From Candidatus Latescibacterota bacterium (lineage in GTDB: Bacteria; Latescibacterota; UBA2968; GCA-2709665), in NCBI GenBank assembly GCA_965203805.1, contig OZ241917.1:5536001-5600000 (forward strand): a stretch of DNA of 64,000 nucleotides. Direction: 5' to 3'. Shown piece after piece: positions 19,953 to 30,256 of the stretch. Positions within the stretch are counted from its first letter, which is position 1. Every line of letters begins with the position of its first letter. Both the position numbers and the translations under genes were made by a program. The notes under the pieces were generated by a model. The model saw nothing but the letters and a program-made list of their open reading frames with translations, had not been told where the DNA came from and did no database searches.

Positions 19953-20236
19953 TATCGAGACTCGTATTGGCGTCGCTCGTTTTGGGTGGCGACGCGAGCT
20001 GAGATTATCCTTATTGTCGGTTTTTCGTCGTCGAACTCAGCATCAGTGTGACATACCACGAGTAGGCGACCGTCACGAGCATATCCCATGGTTACCCAGC
20101 GTTCCTCGAACTGACTGTGATCGTCGTCTGGAATTGACTTTGAGAGCGGATCCAGGAGGACCGCTGCGGCAAGTTCGAAGCTCACACTATGCTTCCGTAG
20201 ATTGCTCGCTGCCTTGGCTGGATCCCAATCGAACAT
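19952..20236 (-). CDS. brnT: BrnT family ribonuclease toxin
   Basis: FDWDPAKAASNLRKH.VSF, D..HS..EERW.T.G and IRIISAR.AT..ER..YE; TAATG overlap with the downstream gene. Confidence 0.93.
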   Translation of the reverse strand: MFDWDPAKAASNLRKHSVSFELAAAVLLDPLSKSIPDDDHSQFEERWVTMGYARDGRLLVVCHTDAEFDDEKPTIRIISARVATQNERRQYESR

Positions 20237-20446
20237 ACGATTCCATTCAAAGCGGCGAACGATCTGCGGATTGGCTTATGCTTGACGCGATGGGCTGTGC
20301 TACAAGGAATGGATTCGCACGCGAAAGGAAAAAAGGTATCGCAACGTCTATTCACAGTAGGGACTTGCAAAGGGCTACTACTGCGTCCCGCGTCGGGAGC
20401 CGAGGACAATGCGGTAAATTGGAACGAGTGCACCGCTAGAGCGGAA

Positions 20447-20917
20447 CTAGAATGCCCTGTTGAGGTTCAAGCGGACGCCCCTGGCTTTGAGGTCGCCGTT
20501 CACGGCCAGGCCTACGCCTTTCATTTCAACCAGGTTGTTTCGCTTTTCCGGGGGCGGGAGTTCCTCGCCTTCATCCGAAAGAAAGAGATGGACGGAGTAC
20601 GCCAGGGTTCCGACGCCGAGCCCGAACATGATGGCGGCCTTGGTATCGCCGGATTTGCTCTCGCCGTAAAGGTCTCCCGCAGTCTGGGAGGAAGTGGTCG
20701 TTCTGTACTGTTCGTACGCGTTGTTCGCGTCCTTCCTGGCTGCGTGCGCCTCGGTGAAGAACCAGATACTCGCACCCAGCGACAGAACTCCGTGGAATTT
20801 CCTGGAATACAGGAAGTCTTTCGTCTTCTTTTGCGCCTGGGCCGGGCCCGCTGAAGCGAATAACGTGGCAGCGGCGACCACGATGGCGACCGCGCAGGTC
20901 CGATAACGGATGTACAT
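20447..20917 (-). CDS. Hypothetical exported or membrane protein
   Basis: Signal peptide (AQA cleavage site), two hydrophobic segments, C-terminal Phe; GGGAGGA RBS. Confidence 0.7.
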   Translation of the reverse strand: MYIRYRTCAVAIVVAAATLFASAGPAQAQKKTKDFLYSRKFHGVLSLGASIWFFTEAHAARKDANNAYEQYRTTTSSQTAGDLYGESKSGDTKAAIMFGLGVGTLAYSVHLFLSDEGEELPPPEKRNNLVEMKGVGLAVNGDLKARGVRLNLNRAF

Positions 20918-20960
20918 TGCGTCCTCCCGGGGTCGATTGGGTCCCTGGCGGAACTTCAGA

Positions 20961-22334
20961 TTACTCGTCGGTCTGAACAGACGGCCCACCGACGTGCTGT
21001 TCCAGTTGGGCCAGTTCGATCTGGTATTGAAATCTGTCCTGCACAAGCTGGTTTCGGGCCGCAAAGAGTTGGAGTTGCGCCTGTTGGCGATCGAGAAACG
21101 TGCCGCCTCCGAGGTTATAGCGCTGGTCCTGAAGCCTGAAGTTCTCTTCGGCGGCCTTCACCGCCGCCTCGTTGGCCGTGACGCTCCGACGAAGTCTCTC
21201 GAGGTTCAGAAAAGACAATCTGATATCCATGGCCTTCTGACGTTTTGCCTGGTCGAGTTGCTCCCGGCTCCTCAGGTACTCCAGTTTCTGGATCTTGATG
21301 CTGTTCACGGTATTCAAGCTGTTGAATAAAGGGAGCCTGATACTGATGCTCGTGCTATACGAATAGTTCTTGATGAAGAGGTCTTCCACGCCCGCAAAAC
21401 TCTCACCCCGGTTCAACCGCCAGCCGTACCCCGCGCTGCCCGTAATGGACGGGAAGCGCACGCCGTACTTTGTGGCTCTCAATTCATCCCTGCTGGCCAG
21501 CATTCTGTGTTTTTGCGCCAGAATTTCAGGACTCCCCCTGAGCGCCCTCTCCAGCGACGTCTCGTAAGTTATGGGGGGCGGTTTGACTGAAAACGTCTTT
21601 TCGGTTGGAAAAATGTCCACGTCGGGACGGAGTCCGAGCGAAAATGCAAGCTCCGCGCGAGCCGTGGCAACGTCGTTTTCCCTGGCGATGAGCGCGACGC
21701 GATCGCCCGCCAGCTGAGACTCCGTGCTCAGGACCTCGGCGATCGTGGTCGAGCCGATCTCATACATCGTCTTTTCGCGTCGCAGGTCTTCTTCCGAAAA
21801 ACTGACCTGCTCTTTCGCCAATTCCAGTTGTTCGAGACGCTGGAGCAGGGTAAAATACCGCTGCTTTACGAGAAATGTCGTCTGCTGCCGGGTCTCCGAG
21901 AAGTCCATCTCCGCCGCACGCGCGTTCTTTTTGCTGGCAGACAGATTCGCAAGATTGGCGGCGTTGAAAATCGTAATGCTCAGGCTGGATCCGACGTTCT
22001 GGGATCCGCCCACCTGGTCTTCACCCACGGTGGTGACGATCGTCTGCGTGGCGGCGTCGAAGATTGCCCCTTCCCTTGGGCCGGTCACGCTCCTGGACAT
22101 GCCGTAGTTGCCGCTCAGGCTGGGCAGAAACGCATTTCGCCTCTGGTCGATCTGGGCAGCGGAAATCTCACGCGCGAATCGGGATTGAGTAATCGCCGTG
22201 TTGTTGCCCAGGGCGATTTCGATGCATTCGGAGAGGCTGAGGTGCATGTCTCGCGGCGCTTTTTCCTCAGCGGCCAGCGGCCATGAAAGAGCCGTAGCAG
22301 CGGTGAAAAGCGCAGTTCTCAGCACATGTAACAT
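20961..22334 (-). CDS. TolC family outer membrane efflux protein
   Basis: LSLSECIEIAL.NN, two FLP/FP repeats, YEIG/YNLG motifs and a signal peptide. Confidence 0.92.
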   Translation of the reverse strand: MLHVLRTALFTAATALSWPLAAEEKAPRDMHLSLSECIEIALGNNTAITQSRFAREISAAQIDQRRNAFLPSLSGNYGMSRSVTGPREGAIFDAATQTIVTTVGEDQVGGSQNVGSSLSITIFNAANLANLSASKKNARAAEMDFSETRQQTTFLVKQRYFTLLQRLEQLELAKEQVSFSEEDLRREKTMYEIGSTTIAEVLSTESQLAGDRVALIARENDVATARAELAFSLGLRPDVDIFPTEKTFSVKPPPITYETSLERALRGSPEILAQKHRMLASRDELRATKYGVRFPSITGSAGYGWRLNRGESFAGVEDLFIKNYSYSTSISIRLPLFNSLNTVNSIKIQKLEYLRSREQLDQAKRQKAMDIRLSFLNLERLRRSVTANEAAVKAAEENFRLQDQRYNLGGGTFLDRQQAQLQLFAARNQLVQDRFQYQIELAQLEQHVGGPSVQTDE

Positions 22335-22781
22335 ACCTGGTACTCCTACTTTCGTCCCGTCAGTGGTTTTCTCGACGTCATGGAAAGGGGTAGCAACCGG
22401 TTCGATTCAAAGCCGCGGGATGCCGATCATGATTATTAGACAGCGCAAAACAGGAAAAGTTACCGGTCAATTGCTTTCCCGTTGTCGATGACGAATCACA
22501 AAGAAAGCAGAAACCACATGAAAAGGAAAGTGAAAACTTCCGCGTGTGCAAGCTATGATTGGTTGTTGCGGTTTCCGATATCAGCCTTAATTCGACGAAA
22601 ACAGCCACGGGTCGCTGCGACGAATCCTTCCGAAACGGGCCGAAAAGGTCGTCCGGAAGGACATTTTTTTCGTTCACGTCCAGTGCCTGAACGTTCATGG
22701 AAATCAGCAGTTAAATCGCCTTTATTCACTTGCGCCTATTCGAATTAACGTCCCCGAATAATGACGAATCAAGGATAGACT

Positions 22782-25700
22782 TCAGTCCCCCCGATCCAGC
22801 AGGGAATAGACGGTCGGTATGACGATGAGCGTGAGCGCGGTCGAACTGATCAGGCCGGCGACCACGGTGATGGCCATTGGCGTGCGGATCTCCGAGCCTT
22901 CGCCCAGACCCAGAGCCATGGGCAGCAGTCCCAGAACGGTGGTTGCCGTGGTCATCAGAATGGGGCGCAGCCGCACCGAGCCGGCCTGTACGATCGCATC
23001 GGTCCTGGACCGGCCACTGGCGCGCAGATGGTTGATATAGTCCACAAAAACGATGGCGTTGTTGACCACGATACCGGCAAGCATGATCAGACCCAGGAAG
23101 ACCACGACGCTGAATGAGATTCCGGTCACGAAAAGGATGAAGAGAACGCCGATCAGCGCCAGCGGAATCGTGAAAATGATGACAAAGGGATGGACGAAGG
23201 ACTCGAACTGGGAGGCCATGACGATGTAAACCAGAAAGACGGCCAGGCAAAGCGCGAAAATCAGGCTCTGTAGCGAGGTCTGCATCTCCCGGTTCTGACC
23301 GCCGATAACGAAGGAGACGTCCCCGGGAATATCGATTTTCTCCAGGGCCTGCTGAATCAGCCCCGTTGCCGTCCCCAGATCGATACCGCCCACGTTGGCC
23401 GATATCAGCACTGCCCGCTGCTGGTCGATGCGCCGGATCTCGCTGGGGCCCTCCCGTACCTGAATATCGGCGACGGCGGAAAGGTAGATTGGGGCGTCGC
23501 CCTCAGGGTTGACCACCAGCCGTTTCAAATCGGATACGCCGGAACGATCGGCTTCGTCCACGCGAACCAGAACATCGATGCGTCGGTCGGCCTCCCGGAA
23601 CCGGGTGACCACGTCGCCCTGCACTTTCTCCCGGACCAGCGTGGCAACGCTTCGCAGATTGAGGCCGTACGACGCCAGAAGGTCCCTGCGGTAGACGATC
23701 TGTACTTCCGGGTTTCCGCGCTGGAGGCTGGATTTCACGTCGTAGAGCCCCGGGATTCCGGAAAGGGCGCGTTCCACGTTGCGTCCCAGGCTGGCGAGGC
23801 TGGCAAGGTCGTAGCCTCGAATTTCCAGTTCTACGGGTGTCTTGAACGTAAAAAGCGCCGGACGCGAAAAATCAACCGTGACCTGCGGGAGGTCGCCCAG
23901 CCTGTCGCGCAACCGGGACATGAGGTCCGTCTCCCGTTTCGCCAGCAGCGTGTTGCCGGAGATTCCCGCCCAGACTCTATTCGGAAACGTGCGGACGTCG
24001 TGCCAGAGCCGGCCCACGTCGTTAGCGCCGTTTGCCGCGTCGCCGGATACGACGATGGTGACCGTCGAGGTATGTTCTCCCTGGTCGGACGTGGATACTG
24101 ACGTCTTGTCCACCCCAACGACGGTGGCAATGCGCGCAACGTCCCGTTCTTTCAAAACCCGCGATTCCACGTCGGCCACGGTCTTCCCCGTGCGTTCCAG
24201 GGGAGTGCCCACGGGCATGGAGAGTTCCAGGTCGAATTCGCCCTGGTGAACGGCGGGAATGAGTTCGCGACCGATATGAGGCACCAGAAAGTACCAGCAC
24301 AGAATGAACGGCAGGAGGGCCATGGAGACGATGGTGAGCCGGTTCTGCAATGCCCAGCGGATCACTGGAGGATAGGCGCGGCTGACGGCGCCGAAGCCGA
24401 GGTCAAAGGCGTGTATTGCGGGCGCGAGCAGGGGAAGGGCGACGGCGGCCAGCAGAGCCGCGACCGTGACCCCGACCGGAAAGGTGATCATCATCAGCAG
24501 GATCAGCAGTTTTCCAAGCAGCGAGACCATCTGGAAGATCAGGAATCGAAGAATGAAATATAAGGGTCCGAGTACGAAGAGCAGGACAAGCAGAAGAACA
24601 CCGGCCAGGGCCGCGGGAACACGCGGGACCATGGCGAGACGCCTGCCGCGTAACGGCCACCGGCATGTTCGGCCCGCGGAGCGCCACGTCCATCTCACGC
24701 AGTCGGCGAGCCCTTCGCCGAACGGAACCGGGGCGTTGAAAACCAGCAGATCGTGCCAGATGGCCCGGACGATTCCGGAACCGAACGGCGTCGGGTTGCC
24801 GGCCCACGCGCAGAGATTCCGCCATGCGTGTGCGGGTTTCTTCCTGATCTTCAGGACGAGGGCGGCGGCGGGGAAATACAGGACGGGCGCAAGGATCACG
24901 CAGGCCGCCTTCAGAATGACAATCACGATCGCGAATACCACCCAGAGGGTGCGCCAGACGCATTCAAAGATCAGCCACGGCAGGTAGATGAGGCCCTTGA
25001 GTACCACGGATGGGAGCTCTGTCAGAGACCGGTCGCCCGCGAGCTCTTTGAGTCGAACGAGGGATCTGAACTGCAGCAATTCCGAATTGAACACGCCGCC
25101 TGCGGGCGAGCCGGCGCGCCCGCTTCCGGGTCCCCCGATGCGGATCCGGCGGGATGCCAGCATGGGAATGAAGAACAGCGCGACCGCGAGTGACGCCAGA
25201 AGCGAAAAGACCACGGTCAGGGACATATCGCCAAATACCTGGCCGGCCACCCCTTCGACGAAGACAATCGGAAAGAAGACCGCGACCGTGGTGAGCGTGG
25301 AGGCGAAGACCGCGCCCCCGACTTCCCCGGTGCCTCTCACCGCCGCAGTGACGATGTCGTCTCCCTCCTCGCGGCACCGGAAGATGCTTTCCAGTACAAC
25401 GATGGAGTTGTCTACGAGCATGCCGACACCCAGCGCCATGCCTCCCAGCGACATGATATTCAATGAGACACCGAATAGCTTCATGGGAGCAAACGTGGCG
25501 ATGATCGAGATAGGAATCGCCAGGCTCACGATGCCCGTATGGGAAGGATTTCGCAGGAAGATATAGAGCACCAGGATGGCGAGCACGCCCCCGATGACGG
25601 CGGTCTGTTTGACTTCGTCGACCGATCGCTTGATAAACAGCGACTGGTCCGAAAGCACTTCCACCTGCATGCCTTTCGGCATCGAATAGGCAATGTAGCT

Positions 25701-26783
25701 GGTCATCTCCTTGAGCTTGACGAACTGCCGCACCTGCGCGGCCCGGTCGGTGGCGTCTGCCGGCTCGATCTCTCCGGCATTCAGCCGCTTCACGTAGGCC
25801 AGTTGTTCCGGCGTGCCGAACAGTCGATCGCGTACCCGTTGCGCGGTGGCGACGATATTGGCGTCGGCTTCCTTGTAGATGTCGATTTCCACGCTCTCTA
25901 CGCCGTTGACACGGGTAATGATCTCCCGATCCTTGTGACCGCGTACAACATGGCTGACGTCTTTGAGCCGGATGTCCGCACTGTTCTTCTGTCCGATGAC
26001 GAGGTTGCGGATTTCGTCGACGGTCCGGAATTCGTTCAGGGTGCGGACCATGTACTGCGTCTGGCCGTCCAGAAGACTGCCGCCGGCGAGGTTGACGTTC
26101 TCTTCGCGGAGTCGCCGGTTGATGTCGCCGATGCCAAGGCCCATCAGGGCGAGCTGCCGTTCGTTGATTTCGACGCGGATTTCCTCTTCCAGACCGCCGT
26201 GCACCCGGGCCGCGGCAACGCCTTTCATCGCCTCCAGCGCCTGCTTGATTTCTTCCTCGGCGATATGCCTCAGCGCATACAGGTCGGCGTCGCCGTACAG
26301 ACCGATCCGCATGATCGGGTCCTGCGTTGGATCGTAACGCAGGATGAGCGGTTTGTTAACGCCCCGGGGCAGGTTCAGCCGATCCAGGTTCTCCCGCACC
26401 GTCTGTACAGCGTCGTTCATTTCCGTGTCCCAGCCGAATTCGAGGATGACGTCCGACATTCCCGCCCGGGAGATGGAGACGATGCTGGCCAGATTGTTGA
26501 CGACCCCCAGCCGCTGTTCTATTTGCCTGGAAATCAGGTTTTCAACTTCCTCGGGCGCGGTATCGGGATAGTCCGTGCGGATGGTGAGGGTGGGATAGGA
26601 GATGTCCGGCATCAGGGTGAGCGGCAGCTGCTGGTAGGATATATAGCCGAAGACCGCGATAGCCAGGACGACCATAAAAATGGCCACCGGCCTCCGGGTG
26701 GTGACTTCGAACGTGCGGGAAATATGGGTTCCGGCGCGGGAAAGGGGATTTCGTGATCCGGCGCCTGCGGATTCGTCGTCCAT
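22782..26783 (-). CDS. RND efflux permease (AcrB/AcrD/AcrF family) with a large internal insertion
   Basis: RRPVA, GMLVDNSIVVLE, ASTLTTVAVFFP, GIVVNNAI and RLRPILMT motifs; 1333 aa. Confidence 0.95.
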   Translation of the reverse strand: MDDESAGAGSRNPLSRAGTHISRTFEVTTRRPVAIFMVVLAIAVFGYISYQQLPLTLMPDISYPTLTIRTDYPDTAPEEVENLISRQIEQRLGVVNNLASIVSISRAGMSDVILEFGWDTEMNDAVQTVRENLDRLNLPRGVNKPLILRYDPTQDPIMRIGLYGDADLYALRHIAEEEIKQALEAMKGVAAARVHGGLEEEIRVEINERQLALMGLGIGDINRRLREENVNLAGGSLLDGQTQYMVRTLNEFRTVDEIRNLVIGQKNSADIRLKDVSHVVRGHKDREIITRVNGVESVEIDIYKEADANIVATAQRVRDRLFGTPEQLAYVKRLNAGEIEPADATDRAAQVRQFVKLKEMTSYIAYSMPKGMQVEVLSDQSLFIKRSVDEVKQTAVIGGVLAILVLYIFLRNPSHTGIVSLAIPISIIATFAPMKLFGVSLNIMSLGGMALGVGMLVDNSIVVLESIFRCREEGDDIVTAAVRGTGEVGGAVFASTLTTVAVFFPIVFVEGVAGQVFGDMSLTVVFSLLASLAVALFFIPMLASRRIRIGGPGSGRAGSPAGGVFNSELLQFRSLVRLKELAGDRSLTELPSVVLKGLIYLPWLIFECVWRTLWVVFAIVIVILKAACVILAPVLYFPAAALVLKIRKKPAHAWRNLCAWAGNPTPFGSGIVRAIWHDLLVFNAPVPFGEGLADCVRWTWRSAGRTCRWPLRGRRLAMVPRVPAALAGVLLLVLLFVLGPLYFILRFLIFQMVSLLGKLLILLMMITFPVGVTVAALLAAVALPLLAPAIHAFDLGFGAVSRAYPPVIRWALQNRLTIVSMALLPFILCWYFLVPHIGRELIPAVHQGEFDLELSMPVGTPLERTGKTVADVESRVLKERDVARIATVVGVDKTSVSTSDQGEHTSTVTIVVSGDAANGANDVGRLWHDVRTFPNRVWAGISGNTLLAKRETDLMSRLRDRLGDLPQVTVDFSRPALFTFKTPVELEIRGYDLASLASLGRNVERALSGIPGLYDVKSSLQRGNPEVQIVYRRDLLASYGLNLRSVATLVREKVQGDVVTRFREADRRIDVLVRVDEADRSGVSDLKRLVVNPEGDAPIYLSAVADIQVREGPSEIRRIDQQRAVLISANVGGIDLGTATGLIQQALEKIDIPGDVSFVIGGQNREMQTSLQSLIFALCLAVFLVYIVMASQFESFVHPFVIIFTIPLALIGVLFILFVTGISFSVVVFLGLIMLAGIVVNNAIVFVDYINHLRASGRSRTDAIVQAGSVRLRPILMTTATTVLGLLPMALGLGEGSEIRTPMAITVVAGLISSTALTLIVIPTVYSLLDRGD

Positions 26784-26856
26784 GTACTCTGAGTCCTCGA
26801 TCAGCGGCGCCGTTTGGCAATGTCCGTACGGCTACCGCTGCCGCCCGGGGGGCGCT

Positions 26857-28050
26857 TTACGAACCGGATGTCTGCGGTTCCTGCTCGGTGGTATCGGGTT
26901 TGGCCGGTATGCGCAGGCCCTTTCCCTGGATCACCCGGACCCGGGCCAGATCCTTGAGGCCGTTCTGGCCGACGACGACGATGCTGTCGCCCCGAGCGAC
27001 GCCGCTGAGAGCTTCCAGGTTCTCGGTGTCTTCAAATCCCACGTCCAGCTGTATCTTTCGGGCGGTGCTGTCCTGAACCACGAACACATGAGGATGTCCG
27101 TCGTCGTAGACAACCGCGCGCTTGGGCACCAGCAAAGCCTCTTCGTGGGTAGCCGTGACGATTCTGGTCGTGACGAACATACCGGGCCGCAACCTTTCGT
27201 CCGCGTCGTCGATCGCCAGCGTTACCCGGAACGTACCGCTGTTCGGATCGACAACAGGGCTGATGCGAATAATGCGGCCGGGGAAATTGTCATCGGGAAG
27301 AAGATCCGTGGTGATGCGGGCAGGCTGTCCAACGGAGATGTTGGGCAGTTCTCCTCCCGGTATGTGCGCCCTGGAGATCAGGCTTTTCATGTTGACGAGC
27401 GAATACAGTTTGGTTGACGGGCCGATACGGTCGCCCAATCTGACGATCCGTTCCGCCACGACGCCGGTTATCGGAGATCGAACCCGTGCGTGGTCCAGAT
27501 CCAGCTGGGCGCGCTGCCACCGGATTTTGGCCTGTTCCAGGTCGAATTCGTTACGTTCGTACTCTTCTTTGGAGAGCAGGTTTTTGTCGAAGATCTTCTT
27601 CTGACGGTTGAAGTCGTTCTCCAGCTTGAGGTAGGCGACTTTGGCTTCCGCTTCGGCGAGCTTGAGTTCGTCGTCGACCAGGTGAACGAGGACCTGATCC
27701 ACTCGAACCCGGTCGCCTTCTTCGGCCAGTACGCGCTTGACGAGCCCGGTTCCGTGGGCGTAAACGTCCACGGTTTCTTCCGCCTCTACCTTGGCATTGT
27801 AGACCATGTATGAAGAGATCGCACCCTGTTGAACGTGATGCACCTTTACAGGAACGCCTTCCGGCGTCTTCTTTGCTTTCTCTTCAGCGGCTTTGGTCGT
27901 GTCGGTCGCCGTCGTGTCGGTCTTTGTGGAATCGGCCGCGGCGTCGGTCTTGTTCTCGCCCTCGGCTTTTTCACCGCCGCACCCGGTGAGCGCGCCGCAC
28001 GCCAAGACCGCGGCCAATAAGACAAAGCGTCCTATGATGCGGTTTTCCAT
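26857..28050 (-). CDS. RND efflux periplasmic adaptor (MFP), lipoprotein
   Basis: Lipobox LTGC; VRSPITGVV, SPVVDPNSGTF, LRPGMF and LLVPKRAV motifs. Confidence 0.92.
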   Translation of the reverse strand: MENRIIGRFVLLAAVLACGALTGCGGEKAEGENKTDAAADSTKTDTTATDTTKAAEEKAKKTPEGVPVKVHHVQQGAISSYMVYNAKVEAEETVDVYAHGTGLVKRVLAEEGDRVRVDQVLVHLVDDELKLAEAEAKVAYLKLENDFNRQKKIFDKNLLSKEEYERNEFDLEQAKIRWQRAQLDLDHARVRSPITGVVAERIVRLGDRIGPSTKLYSLVNMKSLISRAHIPGGELPNISVGQPARITTDLLPDDNFPGRIIRISPVVDPNSGTFRVTLAIDDADERLRPGMFVTTRIVTATHEEALLVPKRAVVYDDGHPHVFVVQDSTARKIQLDVGFEDTENLEALSGVARGDSIVVVGQNGLKDLARVRVIQGKGLRIPAKPDTTEQEPQTSGS

Positions 28051-28273
28051 TATCCGTACATCCTTCCGGACGATGTGTGGACATTCCCGGCAACAGGCGG
28101 CATTACCGCGGAAACTTCGCCCGGCGCCGCGCCGGTTCATGCGACGCCGGTTCGGGTGAAATCTCCCACCGTCTTTGACGCTCCAGACATGCCGGATGTT
28201 TCGCAAAAAAACCACCGGGCCGCCATTCGTTCGACGGCCCGGTCTTGCGGGACGGATGTCCGATGCGCTGGTG

Positions 28274-29068
28274 TCAGCCCTCCACGGCTTTTCTGACGCT
28301 TGACGCGATTTCGGCGTAACGCCGGGAGATCGGGGATTCGGGATCGGCGGCCGAAATGGGGGCGCCGGTATCTCCGCCCCGTCGTATCCGCATGTCGAGC
28401 GGGATTTCGCCCAGCAGCGGCACGTCGTATTCGGCAGCCATTTTTCTGCCGCCCCCCTGCCCGAAGATATCGGTCCGGGTATTGCAGTTGCCGCAAATAT
28501 ACTCGCTCATGTTTTCGACGATTCCCAGAACGGGTACGTCCACCGTATTGAACATCCGGATGCCGCGACGCACGTCCTCAAGCGCCACGGACTGCGGCGT
28601 TGTGACAATGACGGCGCCGTCCAGGCGCGCGGACTGAATCAGCGTAAGCTGAACGTCGCCCGTTCCAGGCGGCAGATCGATGAGCAGATAGTCCAGCGGC
28701 GCCCACGCAACGTCCCGGAGGAACTGCAATACCATTTTGGCCAGCATCGGACCCCGCCAGATCACAGGAGCGCCCGCTTCGGTGATCAGACCGAGGGAGA
28801 TCATTTTGACGTTGTGGCGTTCGAGGGGAACAATCCCGCCGTTCGGATCCATGTCCGGTGTTTCGTCGATGCCCATCATGATCGGAACATTCGGGCCGTA
28901 GATGTCCGCGTCCATGAGACCCACCGCGGCGCCCTGGCGCGCCAGCGCCACGCAGAGATTGGCGGCCGTGGTGGATTTTCCCACGCCGCCCTTGCCGCTG
29001 GCGACGGCGACCAGGTGCCGGACACCCGGAATTGGCGCGGGCCGGGGCACGGTTGCGTTCGTATTCAA
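28274..29068 (-). CDS. apbC: Mrp/NBP35 Fe-S cluster carrier ATPase
   Basis: SGKGGVGKST, DADIYGP, WRGPM, DLPPGTGD and ENMS..C..C; AAGGAGG RBS before the TTG start. Confidence 0.93.
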   Translation of the reverse strand: MNTNATVPRPAPIPGVRHLVAVASGKGGVGKSTTAANLCVALARQGAAVGLMDADIYGPNVPIMMGIDETPDMDPNGGIVPLERHNVKMISLGLITEAGAPVIWRGPMLAKMVLQFLRDVAWAPLDYLLIDLPPGTGDVQLTLIQSARLDGAVIVTTPQSVALEDVRRGIRMFNTVDVPVLGIVENMSEYICGNCNTRTDIFGQGGGRKMAAEYDVPLLGEIPLDMRIRRGGDTGAPISAADPESPISRRYAEIASSVRKAVEG

Positions 29069-29105
29069 GACAGGGCCTCCTTCGACGTGGCCACGATTCA
29101 TGCGT

Positions 29106-30230
29106 TCAACCCGGCAGTTTGCGGCTTCTGCGAATGCAATCGGCCAGAATGGGTATGCCGCTGCGGATATCCTCGTGTGTAGCGTAACCGAATGCAAGCC
29201 TGATGTACGGTACATCCTTATTGTACACGTGGAATGCCTTGCCGGTCGCGTAGTCGATACCCATCGACTCCGCTAGCTGTTCACATGCGACGGTGTCGGT
29301 CGCGTCGGGCAGCTTGACCCAGATAAACAGACCGCCGCTGGGACGGCTGAACCACTCGAATGCGTCCGGAAAACGCGAGAGCACGTCGAACATCAGATCG
29401 CGTTTCCTCCCGACGATGGCGTTGATTCTGTCCACGTGCGACCAGAGTTCCTCTCGGAAATATTCGTAGACGATGGCCGCGCTGAGCGCACTGGTCCCTC
29501 CGTCGCGCCGGTACTGGAGAATCCGGTCGAGCAGATGCCGGGGCGCCGCGAGATAGCCCAGACGGATACCGGGTCCCAGGATTTTGGACAGAGACTCTAT
29601 GTGAATCACCGGTGTATCGTGCCCGAGTGTCCACAGGGCGGGTTCGTGGCGGTCTTCATAAACGGTGTCGGCGTAACAGTGATCTTCTACCACCGGTATC
29701 CCGTAACGGCCGGCAATGTCCAGGAGTTCCCGGCGTCGATCGACCGGCATGATCGATCCCGTGGGGTTCTGGTAGGTTGCCAGCGTGTAGATGAATTTCG
29801 GCTTTCTGTTCCGGGAAACCAGCTGGCCGAGGGTATGTTCGAGGGCGTCCATCCGCATGCCGCGCTCGTCGAGCGGGATGCCGACGAGTTCGGCCCCCTC
29901 CCTGCGATACGCGCTCAGCGTGCCCGAGTACGAGTATTCCTCGAGCACGATCACGTCGCCGGGCGAATCGACGAATACCTGCGCCATGAGCGTAACCGCC
30001 TGCATGGAGCCGGTGGTGAGTGCGATTTGATCGACTGGCAGGACGACGCCTTCCCGGCGCGCGAACCTCTGAGCCATCAGTTTCCTGAGCGGCTCGTACC
30101 CCAGCGAGCCGGGATAGGACGCCAGTTCGTCGCCCAATTCCGGGAGAATGCGCATGGCCGCTTCCGCCAGGCCCCGTTTGGGAAAGGATGCCGGATCGGG
30201 ACGGCCGCTGCCAAAGGGGAATGTTCTCAC
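29106..30230 (-). CDS. PLP-dependent class I/II aminotransferase (LysN/MocR-like, no HTH)
   Basis: G.PDP, YQNPTG, EDHCY and SLSKILGPGIRLG motifs. Confidence 0.9.
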   Translation of the reverse strand: MRTFPFGSGRPDPASFPKRGLAEAAMRILPELGDELASYPGSLGYEPLRKLMAQRFARREGVVLPVDQIALTTGSMQAVTLMAQVFVDSPGDVIVLEEYSYSGTLSAYRREGAELVGIPLDERGMRMDALEHTLGQLVSRNRKPKFIYTLATYQNPTGSIMPVDRRRELLDIAGRYGIPVVEDHCYADTVYEDRHEPALWTLGHDTPVIHIESLSKILGPGIRLGYLAAPRHLLDRILQYRRDGGTSALSAAIVYEYFREELWSHVDRINAIVGRKRDLMFDVLSRFPDAFEWFSRPSGGLFIWVKLPDATDTVACEQLAESMGIDYATGKAFHVYNKDVPYIRLAFGYATHEDIRSGIPILADCIRRSRKLPG

Positions 30231-30256
30231 TCCGTAACGATATCCTTATTTTCCAG

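Noticed and set aside
22378-22780. AT-rich intergenic region with hairpins as a riboswitch or sRNA
   Set aside because: No recognisable consensus; more simply a promoter region for the TolC gene.
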